A stretch of 63,222 nucleotides of DNA, the filler included, from a bacterium (lineage in GTDB: Bacteria; JAMORN01), in the NCBI GenBank assembly GCA_027063545.1. It is 12 parts of 12 records of this genome, joined end to end, with 100 filler letters (N's around TTAATTAATTAA, not from the genome) between each part and the next. Parts side by side here need not be neighbours in the genome. Positions count along the whole stretch, not along the records: positions 10,732 to 16,543 come from JAMORN010000170.1; positions 16,644 to 22,452 come from JAMORN010000171.1; 10 more parts are not named here. The stretch is one strand, 5' to 3'. How positions within the stretch are numbered: position 1 is the first letter of the stretch; every line of letters starts with the position of its first letter. Both the position numbers and the translations under genes were made by a program. Below, piece by piece: positions 11,334-21,844 of the stretch. Under the pieces are notes generated by a model, which saw only the letters and a program-made list of their open reading frames with translations, was not told the DNA's origin and searched no databases.

Positions 11334-12710
11334 TCATAGAGTTTTTAATAAAGATTTTATATATCTAATCTCATCTACTACTATTAATGAACCTTTTTCT
11401 ATTTGTTCTTTTATATCACCTACTATTATCTTATTATACCCTAATCTTTTGGCCTGATTAACTCTTTTCAATAAATCAGATGGAGATCTAACAAAACCTG
11501 CCAAAGTGACCTCACCTATAGCCACAAAATTTTTAGAAAAATTATAATTCCCTAAAGAACTTAAAATAGCTATAATAATACCTAAATCTATATAGGGATC
11601 TTCTATTCTTAGTCCTCCAGATATATTAACAAACACATCATATCTACCCATTTCTATATTCAAATACTTCTCTATTATAGCTATAAGTATTGAAAGCTTT
11701 CTATGGTCTATACCCAAAGAAACCCTTTGAGCCTGTCCATAATTTGACAATGTTACTAATGCTTGTATTTCTATAAAAATCACTCTAGAACCTTCTACTA
11801 TTGGCACTATACTAATTCCAGGGACTATTTTATCTTTATTATTTAAAAATATGTCTTCAGCATTATTAACTTCTACAAGACCTTTTTCTGTCATTTCAAA
11901 TACAGCTATCTCGCTAGTAGAGCCAAATCTATTCTTAAAACACCTTAAAATCCTATAATCATAAAAACGATCTCCTTCAAAGTAAAATACTCCATCAACT
12001 AAATGTTCCAGTATTTTAGGGCCTGCTATATCACCCGTTTTTGTTATATGTCCTATCAAAAAAGTTGCTACATTATATTTTTTACTATAATTCATAACTC
12101 TAAAAGCAACTTCTTTAATTTGCGATACAGTCCCTGGTGCCGATGTTAAATCATTAGTATATAATGTTTGTATCGAATCTAAAATTAAGATATCTATCTC
12201 TAAATCTCTTAACTTTTCTAGAATAATATCTATATCTGTTTCTGTTAGAATATAAATATTACCATTATTAACTCCTAATCTCTTTGCCCTATCTAATATT
12301 TGAGTTAAACTTTCTTCCCCAGATATATAGTAAACCTTATGACCTTTAGAAGCATACCTCTGGGATATCTGAAGCATTAAAGTAGATTTTCCTATTCCAG
12401 GCTCTCCTCCTATTAAATTTAAAGCTCCCTTTACCAAACCTCCTCCCAAAAGCTTATCCCACTCATCTATACCTGAAAAAATACGAGAATAATTTGAATT
12501 ATAAGTATTGATCGATTCTTTTAATGAAACTATATCTACACTTTTCTTATCTTTTTTTGATTTTTTAGAAGTTAAAATATTATCTATCTTTTCTTCTACA
12601 AATGTATTCCATTCCCCACATTCAGGGCATCTACCAAGCCATTTTAGACTCTTATAGCCACAATTCTGACATACAAAATAAGTTTCTATTTTACTATTTT
12701 TTGAAGACAT
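11334..12710 (-). CDS. radA: DNA repair protein RadA/Sms
   Basis: CQNCG..WLGRCPECGEWNT, GGEPGIGKSTL, KNRFG, Lon-like C-terminus. Confidence 0.98.
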   Translation of the reverse strand: MSSKNSKIETYFVCQNCGYKSLKWLGRCPECGEWNTFVEEKIDNILTSKKSKKDKKSVDIVSLKESINTYNSNYSRIFSGIDEWDKLLGGGLVKGALNLIGGEPGIGKSTLMLQISQRYASKGHKVYYISGEESLTQILDRAKRLGVNNGNIYILTETDIDIILEKLRDLEIDILILDSIQTLYTNDLTSAPGTVSQIKEVAFRVMNYSKKYNVATFLIGHITKTGDIAGPKILEHLVDGVFYFEGDRFYDYRILRCFKNRFGSTSEIAVFEMTEKGLVEVNNAEDIFLNNKDKIVPGISIVPIVEGSRVIFIEIQALVTLSNYGQAQRVSLGIDHRKLSILIAIIEKYLNIEMGRYDVFVNISGGLRIEDPYIDLGIIIAILSSLGNYNFSKNFVAIGEVTLAGFVRSPSDLLKRVNQAKRLGYNKIIVGDIKEQIEKGSLIVVDEIRYIKSLLKTL

Positions 12711-13557
12711 CTAGATCTATCTTTTCAGAATATTTTTCTTCATATTCCTTCTTTTTAAGTACAATTGCTTCAGGATCATATACACCTTCTATAAATGCCT
12801 TTAAACGAAGATTTTTATCTGCTTCTATTGCTAAAGTTTCTGGTGTTCCTATAAACATAATCTTTGCACCTGTATCTTCACTAGTTTTATCTATATATAT
12901 TATTCTATCCGCTATTTTATTTGCTGACTTCATATCATGGGTAACCACTATAGAAGTCACATTTAACTTTGTTTGCATACTTCTTATTATGGTATTTATC
13001 TTATCAGAGGTTACAGGATCAAGACCTGTTGTTGGCTCATCATAAAGAAGAATCTCAGGTTCCATTGCTATAGTTCTTGCAATAGCCACTCTCTTTTTCA
13101 TACCTCCTGAAAGTTCTGCTGGAGATTTTTTTCTTACATCCTCTGGATTTAAATCTACCATTTCTAATGTCATATTAATCCTTTTTTCAATCTCTTCTTC
13201 ATCTAAATGAAGAGCTTCTCTTAGAGGAAAAGCTATATTCTCTTCAACTGTCATAAAATCAAATAAAGCATTTTCTTGAAATACCATTCCCATCTTTTTT
13301 CTTAAATCTTCCAACTCTTTTTTTGAAGCTTTTACTATACTTTTACCATATATTAATATATCGCCTTTATCTGGCTTTATTAAACCTATTATATGTCTTA
13401 AAATTTGACTCTTACCTGTTCCACTTTTACCAATAATAACTAAAGTCTCACTTTTATAAACATCAAAAGAAATATTTGTTAATATTTGTCTTTTACCATA
13501 CGCTTTTGAAAGATTTCTCACAGAAATGACAATTCTTTCATCTACATTTTTATCCAT
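12694..13557 (-). CDS. mlaF: Mla/Mce-type ABC transporter ATPase (MlaF/Mkl)
   Basis: GKSGTGKS, LSGGMKKRVAIAR, YDEPTTGLDP, VVTHD; downstream of two MlaE permeases. Confidence 0.9.
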   Translation of the reverse strand: MDKNVDERIVISVRNLSKAYGKRQILTNISFDVYKSETLVIIGKSGTGKSQILRHIIGLIKPDKGDILIYGKSIVKASKKELEDLRKKMGMVFQENALFDFMTVEENIAFPLREALHLDEEEIEKRINMTLEMVDLNPEDVRKKSPAELSGGMKKRVAIARTIAMEPEILLYDEPTTGLDPVTSDKINTIIRSMQTKLNVTSIVVTHDMKSANKIADRIIYIDKTSEDTGAKIMFIGTPETLAIEADKNLRLKAFIEGVYDPEAIVLKKKEYEEKYSEKIDLDVFKK

Positions 13558-13578
13558 TATTCTAAACCTCTTTTTCTA

Positions 13579-14346
13579 TTAAAATAATAACCACGCAACT
13601 ATAAAGTCAAAAATTAAAATTAAAATATCAGCCCAAACAACAGCATTCATTGTACTCTCACCCACACCCTTTGCTCCATTCTTTGTCATATATCCAAAAA
13701 TACAGCCTACATAAGTTACTATAAATCCAAAAACTGCAGCTTTTATAAGACCAACTACTACATCAAAAACAAAAAAGAATTTTTTACTACCCTCTATAAA
13801 AATGTAGGCGGGAACATTTAAAAAAAATACACTTGTAGCCATAGCCCCTAAATAGGAAAAAACATCTGATAATATTGTTATTACAGGGAACATTATTATT
13901 CCTGCAACAATTCTTGGTGTAAATAAAAATCTTATAGGATTTAGACCTAAAACTATCATAGCATTTATTTGTTCAGACACAGCCATAGTCCCGAGTTCTG
14001 CGGCTGTAGCAGAAGCATATCTAGAACTCATAACCAAAGCCATGATTACTGGTGCAAGTTCTGTAACTATTGCCTTTAAAATTGCTGTACCTAAGAAAAT
14101 TTTTGGTACCAAATCATCAAATTGATAGTTTGCTTGTAATGCTGTTATTATACCAACAAAAATAGAAGTAAATACTACTAAAGGAAAAGTTTCTACTCCA
14201 ATTTCATACATATATTTGATGGTTATATTTATATTTTTAAAAATTAAAGGAATATTTACGATAGTTTCATATATATGATAAATTCCTTCAACTAATCTTT
14301 CATAATTTTTATAAAATCTAACCCAAAAACTACTACTATTTTCCAT
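13579..14346 (-). CDS. mlaE: MlaE-family ABC permease
   Basis: ELAPVIMAL, AELGTMAVSEQINAM, GAKGVGEST. Confidence 0.92.
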   Translation of the reverse strand: MENSSSFWVRFYKNYERLVEGIYHIYETIVNIPLIFKNINITIKYMYEIGVETFPLVVFTSIFVGIITALQANYQFDDLVPKIFLGTAILKAIVTELAPVIMALVMSSRYASATAAELGTMAVSEQINAMIVLGLNPIRFLFTPRIVAGIIMFPVITILSDVFSYLGAMATSVFFLNVPAYIFIEGSKKFFFVFDVVVGLIKAAVFGFIVTYVGCIFGYMTKNGAKGVGESTMNAVVWADILILIFDFIVAWLLF

Positions 14347-14370
14347 ATTCTTACTTTCCTAATAAAAATT

Positions 14371-15183
14371 TTATTTCATAAGTATCCATATAATAGCATC
14401 AGTAATTAATATTAATACAGAAACAGTTATTACTGAATCTTTTGTTGTATTTCCTACCCCTACAGCTCCACCTTCTGTTTTAAACCCATAAAAACTTGCA
14501 ACTATTGCTATTATATATCCAAAAATAAAGGCTTTTCCTATACCGAAATATACATCAAATGTGTTTAAAAATAGTTTTAATCCTCTAAAAAATATAATAG
14601 TCTCTAAATTAACTAAAAATTTTGCAACTAACCATGCACCAAGAACAGAAAAAACATCTGAGAAAATTGTTAGAACTGGTAAAGCTATTGAAGCTGCTAC
14701 AACTTTAGGAATAACTAAATACTTTATTATATCTAAATTTAAAACTTTCATAGCGTCTATTTGCTCTCCAACCTTCATTGTCCCTATTTCACCTGCAATA
14801 GCAGATCCTATTCTACCAGCAAAAACTAGAGCCGTTAAAACCGGTGCAAGTTCCGTTGCAACAGATTTACCCACAGCTACACCTAAATAATTAAGTGGTA
14901 TATAATCAGAAAATTGAAAAGCAGCTGACCACGCTGTTACACCTCCTATAAAGATAGAGGTAACTAGAATAATTGGCAGTGTCCTAACTGCCATTATATA
15001 TAATTCTTTCCATATATATCCTTGTACTTGAAATATGGTATTTAGCTTTAGAATAGTCTTTACATTAAGAAAAATAAAACTAACTAATATATATACTTTA
15101 TACCATAAAGATTCTATAAAATTAGAGATTTTTGGCTTTTGATAGTTTATTATATCAAAATCATTATAAATCATAAAATACAT
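14371..15183 (-). CDS. mlaE: MlaE-family ABC permease (second copy)
   Basis: ELAPVLTALVFAGRIGSAIAGEIGTMKVGEQIDAM, GGAVGVG; true start may be 15174. Confidence 0.93.
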   Translation of the reverse strand: MYFMIYNDFDIINYQKPKISNFIESLWYKVYILVSFIFLNVKTILKLNTIFQVQGYIWKELYIMAVRTLPIILVTSIFIGGVTAWSAAFQFSDYIPLNYLGVAVGKSVATELAPVLTALVFAGRIGSAIAGEIGTMKVGEQIDAMKVLNLDIIKYLVIPKVVAASIALPVLTIFSDVFSVLGAWLVAKFLVNLETIIFFRGLKLFLNTFDVYFGIGKAFIFGYIIAIVASFYGFKTEGGAVGVGNTTKDSVITVSVLILITDAIIWILMK

Positions 15184-16543
15184 CTCCTATTGATTCCTCG
15201 TCATTTTCTGTATTAATATTAAATTCTTCTCTTTCTAAATTTAAACTTTCATTTTGAGATTGTTGACTCTTTTCATACATAGTCAAATAATTTGCATACT
15301 CCTCTTCCACATTTTCCGATACTTTTTCAACAAAATATGTATATTCAGGTATCCATTTTAAATCTATTTCTACATTATTTCTACCAGACCTATGCTTTGC
15401 TATTATCAATTTAGCTTCATTTTCCTCCTCTAAATCTTGAGTATAGTAATATGGTCTATATACAAAAAGAACTAAATCAGCAAATTGTTCAATGGCTCCG
15501 GATTCTCTTAAATCAGAAAGTTTAGGTTTTCTATCTTCTCTCTTTTCAACATTCCTATTTAACTGACTTAATGCTATAATAGGTATACCTAAATCCTTTG
15601 CCATATACTTAAGTCTTGCAGCAACACTTCCAACCTGTTGTTCCCTTGATAATCTCTTATCATCAGACTCTATTAATTGAAGATAATCAACAACCACAAG
15701 TCCTAACTCTTTTCCTTGATTTCTACTTTCATATTGTATCCATTTTATTTTTGATTCTATATCCATAACCCTTATTCCAGATCTATCATCTATAATGATT
15801 GGGAGATTGGTAAGCTCATCAAGTATTGCCATAAGTTTATCTACTTCCTCTGGAGTTATCTTCTTATTTCTAATTCTATAAAGAGAAATCCTAGAGGCTA
15901 TACTCAAAAGTCTTTGAGCAACCTCTTCTTTTGTCATTTCTAATGTAAAATAAACTATTTGTTTATTTTTTAACTCATCATCTTTTAACAATTCTAAAGC
16001 AACCCTATATATTAGTGATAATGAAAATGCTGTTTTACCCATTCCTGTTGCGCCAGCAAGTATAATAAGCTGTCCAGGTTTAAAACCTCCTGTTAAATCA
16101 TCCAAAGAAGGATAACCTGTAGGTATATAATCCTTTTGTTTTTCTATTAAATTCTTAAAAAATTCTAAAAAAATTTCTTTCAAATTAAAATATTCTTGTG
16201 TCCCTGTTTTGTTTCTTATTTTAAAAAATTGTTTTTCTATTTTCTCTACAATTTCTTCTGTATCAATACCTAAATAAGCCCTTTCTGATAATTCTTTACT
16301 TAGTTTTATCAAAGTTCTAAGATGATATTTTTCTAATACAATTTCTAAATATGCTGTTAAATTCTCATCTATTACTAAATTTTCCTCAACTAACTGATCT
16401 ATATATTCTTCTTTTACTATATGACTATAGCCTAAATCCCTTAATTTAGACTTTACAATTAATGGATCTATAGGTCTTTTTTCTTCAAGAAGGGTATTTA
16501 CTATTCTTGCTATATAATTATGTCTTTCATCATAAAATATTCC
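15164..16543 (-). CDS. dnaB: Replicative DNA helicase, 5'-truncated
   Basis: Frame open to the contig end (FYDERH..PIDPLIV N-domain); GMGKT, LEM, VVDYLQL, LSQLNR, SDLRESGAIEQFAD, IAKHRSG. Confidence 0.97.
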   Translation of the reverse strand, partial: GIFYDERHNYIARIVNTLLEEKRPIDPLIVKSKLRDLGYSHIVKEEYIDQLVEENLVIDENLTAYLEIVLEKYHLRTLIKLSKELSERAYLGIDTEEIVEKIEKQFFKIRNKTGTQEYFNLKEIFLEFFKNLIEKQKDYIPTGYPSLDDLTGGFKPGQLIILAGATGMGKTAFSLSLIYRVALELLKDDELKNKQIVYFTLEMTKEEVAQRLLSIASRISLYRIRNKKITPEEVDKLMAILDELTNLPIIIDDRSGIRVMDIESKIKWIQYESRNQGKELGLVVVDYLQLIESDDKRLSREQQVGSVAARLKYMAKDLGIPIIALSQLNRNVEKREDRKPKLSDLRESGAIEQFADLVLFVYRPYYYTQDLEEENEAKLIIAKHRSGRNNVEIDLKWIPEYTYFVEKVSENVEEEYANYLTMYEKSQQSQNESLNLEREEFNINTENDEESIGDVFYDL

Positions 16544-16643
16544 NNNNNNNNNNNNNNNNNNNNNNNNNNNNNNNNNNNNNNNNNNNNTTAATTAATTAAN
16601 NNNNNNNNNNNNNNNNNNNNNNNNNNNNNNNNNNNNNNNNNNN
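16544..16643. other. Artificial contig spacer
   Basis: N44-TTAATTAATTAA-N44. Confidence 0.99.
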
Positions 16644-16884
16644 GTATTTCAATAACTATAAAATTCTGTAAATACATATAAACAAAATATAAAAAATAAA
16701 CAAAATGTAAAACTAGAGAAACTATATTTATGGCTGTAAATCCTTTTTCATCTATCTCAATGGCCACATCCTCCAAATTTCTATAAAACTCATCTATTAA
16801 TTCATTTAAATCGTATCTAAAGCCTCTTGATACAACAACACCAGCCTGAAATAGAATTATAATAATTGTTATTATTGCGAGCAT
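16644..16884 (-). CDS. Membrane protein N-terminus, 3'-truncated, function unknown
   Basis: Two hydrophobic segments; start overlaps the stop of the PTS IIA gene. Confidence 0.5.
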
Positions 16885-17375
16885 AGTTCTATTAGTCTAT
16901 TATAAAAATCCTCTGATGATTCTGATTTTAAAAGATAATTTATATTATTCTCTTCCATAAATATAGATGTTATAAGTGGTAAAATTTCTGTTCTTTTTGT
17001 ACAATAAGCATCTTGATTATAGCCTATTAAAAATAAAAATTTTACCTCTCTATCATCAAATTCACTTATATAATCCTCTACGCCACCTTTTATAAAAACA
17101 GCAACTAAAATAATCTCTTTAGAATAGCTATAATCAAAAAATATACCATGAGGTATGGCTAGATAATTACCTATAGCTGTAATATTAGGAATCTCTTTTT
17201 CTTTTTTTAAAATTGATTCTTTTAAAGCTTCAATAGGTTTTATTTCTGGATATATATCCTCTATTTTATTAAAAACAAATTCGAATAAATGGTCCTTTTT
17301 TATAGTATCTTCAATATAAAATACTAAATCTTTATCTAAAAACTCTTTTAATGATTTTTTCTTATTCTCTTTCAT
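16872..17375 (-). CDS. PTS IIA domain protein (Ntr/fructose-mannitol type)
   Basis: ILKKEKE..TAIGNYLAIPHG phospho-His motif, DDREVKFLFLIG. Start taken at MKENKK, 2 nt after the Omp85 stop. Confidence 0.85.
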   Translation of the reverse strand: MKENKKKSLKEFLDKDLVFYIEDTIKKDHLFEFVFNKIEDIYPEIKPIEALKESILKKEKEIPNITAIGNYLAIPHGIFFDYSYSKEIILVAVFIKGGVEDYISEFDDREVKFLFLIGYNQDAYCTKRTEILPLITSIFMEENNINYLLKSESSEDFYNRLIELCSQ

Positions 17376-17377
17376 CC

Positions 17378-20300
17378 CTAAAACTCTCCTGATAAAGATA
17401 AATAAAACTTCCAATCACCATCAAAGCTATCTTTTCCTATATTTTTCAAATATATAGGCTTTGCCCAATCAAATTTTAAAATAAAATATGGGTATAAATT
17501 TATCCTATAACCTAATCCTGTACCTATATGATAATTATCTACAGACTTTAATTCATCATAATTATTATAACAAGCTGCTATATCTAAAAATATATCACCT
17601 TGAATATAACTCAACCTAAATCTAAAAGGAAAATAAAAATCTATGTTAGAAATAAAAGGGAATCTAAACTCCATATTTGTCATAAAAAAATTATGGGTCT
17701 TTAACTCAAAAATATCATAGCCTCTAAAAGGTACAACAACGTCAAAATTACTAAAAGCATCTAATGAATAGTCTAAATTTTCATATTTAGGTATACGAGA
17801 TGGATTTATTGTGAAATATTCTCCTCCTAAGTAATAATACTTAAAATTTTCACCCCTAATAGGCTTTGTATAACCTGATAGAAATCTTGTTGCCAGTGTA
17901 TAGCTTCTCTTAAATCTAAAATACTTTCTTAGATCTATATTCATTTCCCCTATACTATTTTTTAAATAAGCATCAGATATTGACTTTAAATTAATATCTA
18001 TATACGTCCCATTTACAGGTCCATATACATCATATATTCTATTATCTGTATTATAACCTGTTGATAAAGAAATAAAAGGCTTCTTTTTATAAGCTGCTAA
18101 ATCTTCAGTTTCTGTTACCATCGTATATATACCATAATAATCCTCAAAAGAAATATCAATCTTATGTCTAACAATAAGATAAGGATTAAATATAAAATAT
18201 AAAGAATTATAAACAGATAAAGGATATTTTATCCCTAGAAATGCCCAATTTTTAATATCATAATAATAGGTATATATAAAACTATCGGGAACCATAAAAT
18301 ATATAGGATATCTTCCTATACCCAAGTAATAATCTGGACGCTTAGATAAATACTGATAAAAAAATGAAAAATTCAGGTCTCTATCTATATCTTTTATTTC
18401 CATATTACTATTGAATGATAAATATATTCTATTATTTCCTAATTCATCGCTCACAATTATATTTCCTAAAAGAGTCACTCCTGTAAGAATCTGGTAGTAT
18501 AAAGCCATATATATAAAATCTATTGAATACTCGGGTTTATACTCACTTTTTTCGTATAATGTATCTGAAGAAGGTGCTACTAAAACATGAAGAGTATCTT
18601 TTTTGTTCTCTATATGAAGTTTTCTTTTTTCTTTTTCAAAATCTTTTATTAACTTTTCTATTTTCTTTGAAATATTTTTATTTGATTTTATTTTAGTTAT
18701 CTTATACTCTACTTTCTTATCTATAAAATCGGAAATTCCCTCTGCTTTAGGCAAACTATTGAATCTATACTTAAACAAAGAATCTATATCTTCTATATAT
18801 ACATCAAATGTAAATTCATTTAGATAGTTTAAAACAATCTTATTTTTTCCTATGGAAAAATTTCTTATATTTCTATATGAATTTGTAATATAATAAGATC
18901 TTTTTGTATTTAAATCTAGTACTTTAATATTTCCTATTCCTGAAGAATAATTTATAAACAATATTGTAGAATCATTATTATAAAAAACAGGGTTGTCTAT
19001 CTTATATTTTGAAGAATAAATAACCTCACTTTCCCCATTTGATAGATCGTATCTTATTAAAAGATAATGGGTTTTATAATTCCAAACATTGTCCATATTA
19101 TCAAAATATTCTTTTACAAAAACAATATATCTACCATCTGGTGAAAAACTAGGGGAATATTCTTTACTATAATCTACACCTATTTTAATTAAAGAATTCT
19201 TTGAATAATCATATATACCTATAAAAGGGCGATTCTTTTCATCTATACTTTCAAAAGCAATAGTATAATCATCCATTGGCGAAGGCTTAGGATTTTTTAA
19301 AACTTCTATATTTTTAAATCTTAATTTTTTTACTATTTTATTTTTCTTTACCGAATACACTATTATCTCATCTTTACCATTTATGGTAGCTGAATAATAT
19401 ATAGTATCTTTATATGGATTCCATGAAATCTTAGAATAAAATGGGTGAAAACTTTCATAGTTTTTTATAACATCTTGCTTTATCTTTTTTATTACCTTCT
19501 TCTGTTTTACATCATATATAAAAATTGCGTCATAATCATCTCTGTCTGTAAAATAAGCAATCAAAGAATCATTATGATTGATTGAAGGGTTTACATTATA
19601 TAATGTTAAATCTTTAATATGCTTTGTGATAGGTTTTCCATAAAAGTTTAAGTTATAGCTTTTATAATTAAACTTTGACCAGTACTTCTCTTTTAAATAT
19701 ATTTTCCAATCATCTACAGCATCCTCAAACTTCTCTCCAAAAACCTTCTTAAATGTGTCGTAAAATCTATTAGAATACCAGTCTAATGAGGATTTATTAT
19801 TACTTCCAAAAAAGAATTCTTTTATAAATAAAAATAATGTAGACTCAGAATACTTTTCAGATAAATAATATATAAAACTCTGTCCTAGTTTATACATCAT
19901 AAATCCAGAAGATGAACTTAAATCTATTTTATCTAAAATACCAGAAATAACTAATTCTCTTATATAAATATCCGTCTCATTATCCCATCCTAAAGAAGTA
20001 TACTCACATAACCCTTCATGAAACCATAATGGAAACATCCATAATATAGAAAATAGATTATATTTACCATATTTAGATGAAACCATATCATAAATAAAAG
20101 CATGGGTAAGCTCATGATGTAAAACATGTCTAAAATCGTAATAATCTCCACTAAATGGGACAACTATTCTATACTTTACACTCTCTGTAAAACCACCAAC
20201 CCCTTCTCCTATATATTGAAGTACAATGTTTGTCTGTTGAAATTCAAAAGGTGTAGCATAGATAATAACACTAAATTTTTGAGATGGATAATATCTAAAT

Positions 20301-20512
20301 CTGGTAACTAGGTTAGAATAAGCTCTTTCCAAGAAAAAAGCAGCTTTTTGAGCTAAAACATAACTATTATTGTAAAAAAATATTCTAAAATGCTCTGTTT
20401 CTATATAATACCAGTTAAGGTCTTTATATTGAACCTTATTATATCCCCAGCTTTGTATAGAAAAAGTTAATAAAAAAAGAAAAATAACAAAAAATCCTTT
20501 TATCTTTTTCAT
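17378..20512 (-). CDS. Outer-membrane protein: peptidase MA-like gluzincin domain + PD40/WD40 beta-propeller + Omp85/BamA-type barrel
   Basis: Signal peptide; ETEHFRIFFY; HHELTHAF..PLWFHEGLCEY; SPSFSPDGRYIVF; PFRGY loop-6 motif, MEFRFP, C-terminal FYLSLSGEF beta-signal. Confidence 0.85.
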   Translation of the reverse strand: MKKIKGFFVIFLFLLTFSIQSWGYNKVQYKDLNWYYIETEHFRIFFYNNSYVLAQKAAFFLERAYSNLVTRFRYYPSQKFSVIIYATPFEFQQTNIVLQYIGEGVGGFTESVKYRIVVPFSGDYYDFRHVLHHELTHAFIYDMVSSKYGKYNLFSILWMFPLWFHEGLCEYTSLGWDNETDIYIRELVISGILDKIDLSSSSGFMMYKLGQSFIYYLSEKYSESTLFLFIKEFFFGSNNKSSLDWYSNRFYDTFKKVFGEKFEDAVDDWKIYLKEKYWSKFNYKSYNLNFYGKPITKHIKDLTLYNVNPSINHNDSLIAYFTDRDDYDAIFIYDVKQKKVIKKIKQDVIKNYESFHPFYSKISWNPYKDTIYYSATINGKDEIIVYSVKKNKIVKKLRFKNIEVLKNPKPSPMDDYTIAFESIDEKNRPFIGIYDYSKNSLIKIGVDYSKEYSPSFSPDGRYIVFVKEYFDNMDNVWNYKTHYLLIRYDLSNGESEVIYSSKYKIDNPVFYNNDSTILFINYSSGIGNIKVLDLNTKRSYYITNSYRNIRNFSIGKNKIVLNYLNEFTFDVYIEDIDSLFKYRFNSLPKAEGISDFIDKKVEYKITKIKSNKNISKKIEKLIKDFEKEKRKLHIENKKDTLHVLVAPSSDTLYEKSEYKPEYSIDFIYMALYYQILTGVTLLGNIIVSDELGNNRIYLSFNSNMEIKDIDRDLNFSFFYQYLSKRPDYYLGIGRYPIYFMVPDSFIYTYYYDIKNWAFLGIKYPLSVYNSLYFIFNPYLIVRHKIDISFEDYYGIYTMVTETEDLAAYKKKPFISLSTGYNTDNRIYDVYGPVNGTYIDINLKSISDAYLKNSIGEMNIDLRKYFRFKRSYTLATRFLSGYTKPIRGENFKYYYLGGEYFTINPSRIPKYENLDYSLDAFSNFDVVVPFRGYDIFELKTHNFFMTNMEFRFPFISNIDFYFPFRFRLSYIQGDIFLDIAACYNNYDELKSVDNYHIGTGLGYRINLYPYFILKFDWAKPIYLKNIGKDSFDGDWKFYLSLSGEF

Positions 20513-21840
20513 ATCTTCTCTAATTTATATATATTAGAAATATCTTCATTTATTCCTTTTAAATTAAACTCTCCTATTTTTGAATATACAACATTTATAT
20601 TATTATTATCAAGAAATTCTTTTAAATCATCAGAAAAGGCAACTACTATATCATCTTTTATATAGTCTGACAATTCGTTCTTAAATATACTAAGAATTCT
20701 TTCTGCTTTATTTACAGCTACCCCAATAGCTGTATATGTTTTTCTCATCCCTTCTCCAAATACTCCAACACCTACTTCTCCATAAGTGATACTAAATATA
20801 AAATGAACATTATCTTTTACTATTAAAGAAGAAAATTCCTTCACTATAAGTGTCTGAAATTGATTTAAAATGTAGTGAATAAAATTTTCTAAATTTTTAT
20901 AGACTTCCTTTGGTGTTTTACTGTCCAGTTCAAATCTTACAATAAAGTTATCAGCAACAAATTTATCTAACACAGCACCATTATAGTACACAGACTCTTC
21001 TATTATATTATAATATAATCCCAAAAATTTGAGCCAATCCTCATCTTTTGTTTTATAGTAAAATTCAGAAAACTCTTTAAAGCATCCCATAACCACTATA
21101 CTCTTTTTCTTCTTAATCTCCTTCACATTAATAGATTCTTCAATTATTTTGCTATCTATTAACTCTCTATATATTTTATTAATTGTTATTAACGATTTTA
21201 TTCTCTCTATAGAATATTTTAGTCTTTCAGATATAATTTCATAGAAATTGCTATGCAAATAGTATAAAAGAAAAAATACATTATAAGAAGTAAATTTTAA
21301 AATCTCATCAGATAAATCAACCCTATATCCTTTGTAGTAAGAATATACAATTATTAAAATATAAAACGGATAAAATAGTAAATATTGAATTAAATAATTA
21401 CTATATGTTATAACTTTAACTCCTATAATTACTAAAAAATATATATAAAAAATTGGTGATTCCGTGCCCTTATCAAAAAACATCATTAAAGTAGGACCTA
21501 AATACATATAAATTACATCTATAATAAAAAATTTTTTAAAGAAATTAACATCATAATACTGTTCTTTAAGTTTAGGGATTACTAAATAGAAAACTCCTAT
21601 TGAATATATTAAATGAACAAATAATGAAAAAATAGCTCCATAAAAAAAAGTTTTTGTTTCAAATCCTAAAAAATAAGAAAAAATAGCTAATAAGAATAAA
21701 ACAATTATTCCAATATTTCTATATAGATAATAATAATAAGCTGTTCTATACCTAGTTTCTATATCATCTAAAACAATCTTTGTCTTTATATTTTCTAAAT
21801 CTGTAAGATTATAAAAAAAACGTTCTATTAACCTTGTCAT
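20509..21840 (-). CDS. 6-TM membrane class III adenylate/guanylate cyclase-family protein; first metal Asp replaced by Cys
   Basis: Six hydrophobic segments, then VVMGCFKEFS, DKFVADNF, GEVGVGVFG..YTAIGVAVNKAERI, FNLKGI. Confidence 0.85.
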   Translation of the reverse strand: MTRLIERFFYNLTDLENIKTKIVLDDIETRYRTAYYYYLYRNIGIIVLFLLAIFSYFLGFETKTFFYGAIFSLFVHLIYSIGVFYLVIPKLKEQYYDVNFFKKFFIIDVIYMYLGPTLMMFFDKGTESPIFYIYFLVIIGVKVITYSNYLIQYLLFYPFYILIIVYSYYKGYRVDLSDEILKFTSYNVFFLLYYLHSNFYEIISERLKYSIERIKSLITINKIYRELIDSKIIEESINVKEIKKKKSIVVMGCFKEFSEFYYKTKDEDWLKFLGLYYNIIEESVYYNGAVLDKFVADNFIVRFELDSKTPKEVYKNLENFIHYILNQFQTLIVKEFSSLIVKDNVHFIFSITYGEVGVGVFGEGMRKTYTAIGVAVNKAERILSIFKNELSDYIKDDIVVAFSDDLKEFLDNNNINVVYSKIGEFNLKGINEDISNIYKLEKI

Positions 21841-21844
21841 AACA

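Noticed and set aside
16030-16065. DnaB Walker A variant AGATGMGKT as a sign of inactivation or an intein
   Set aside because: GKT and all other helicase motifs are intact, and there is no insertion.
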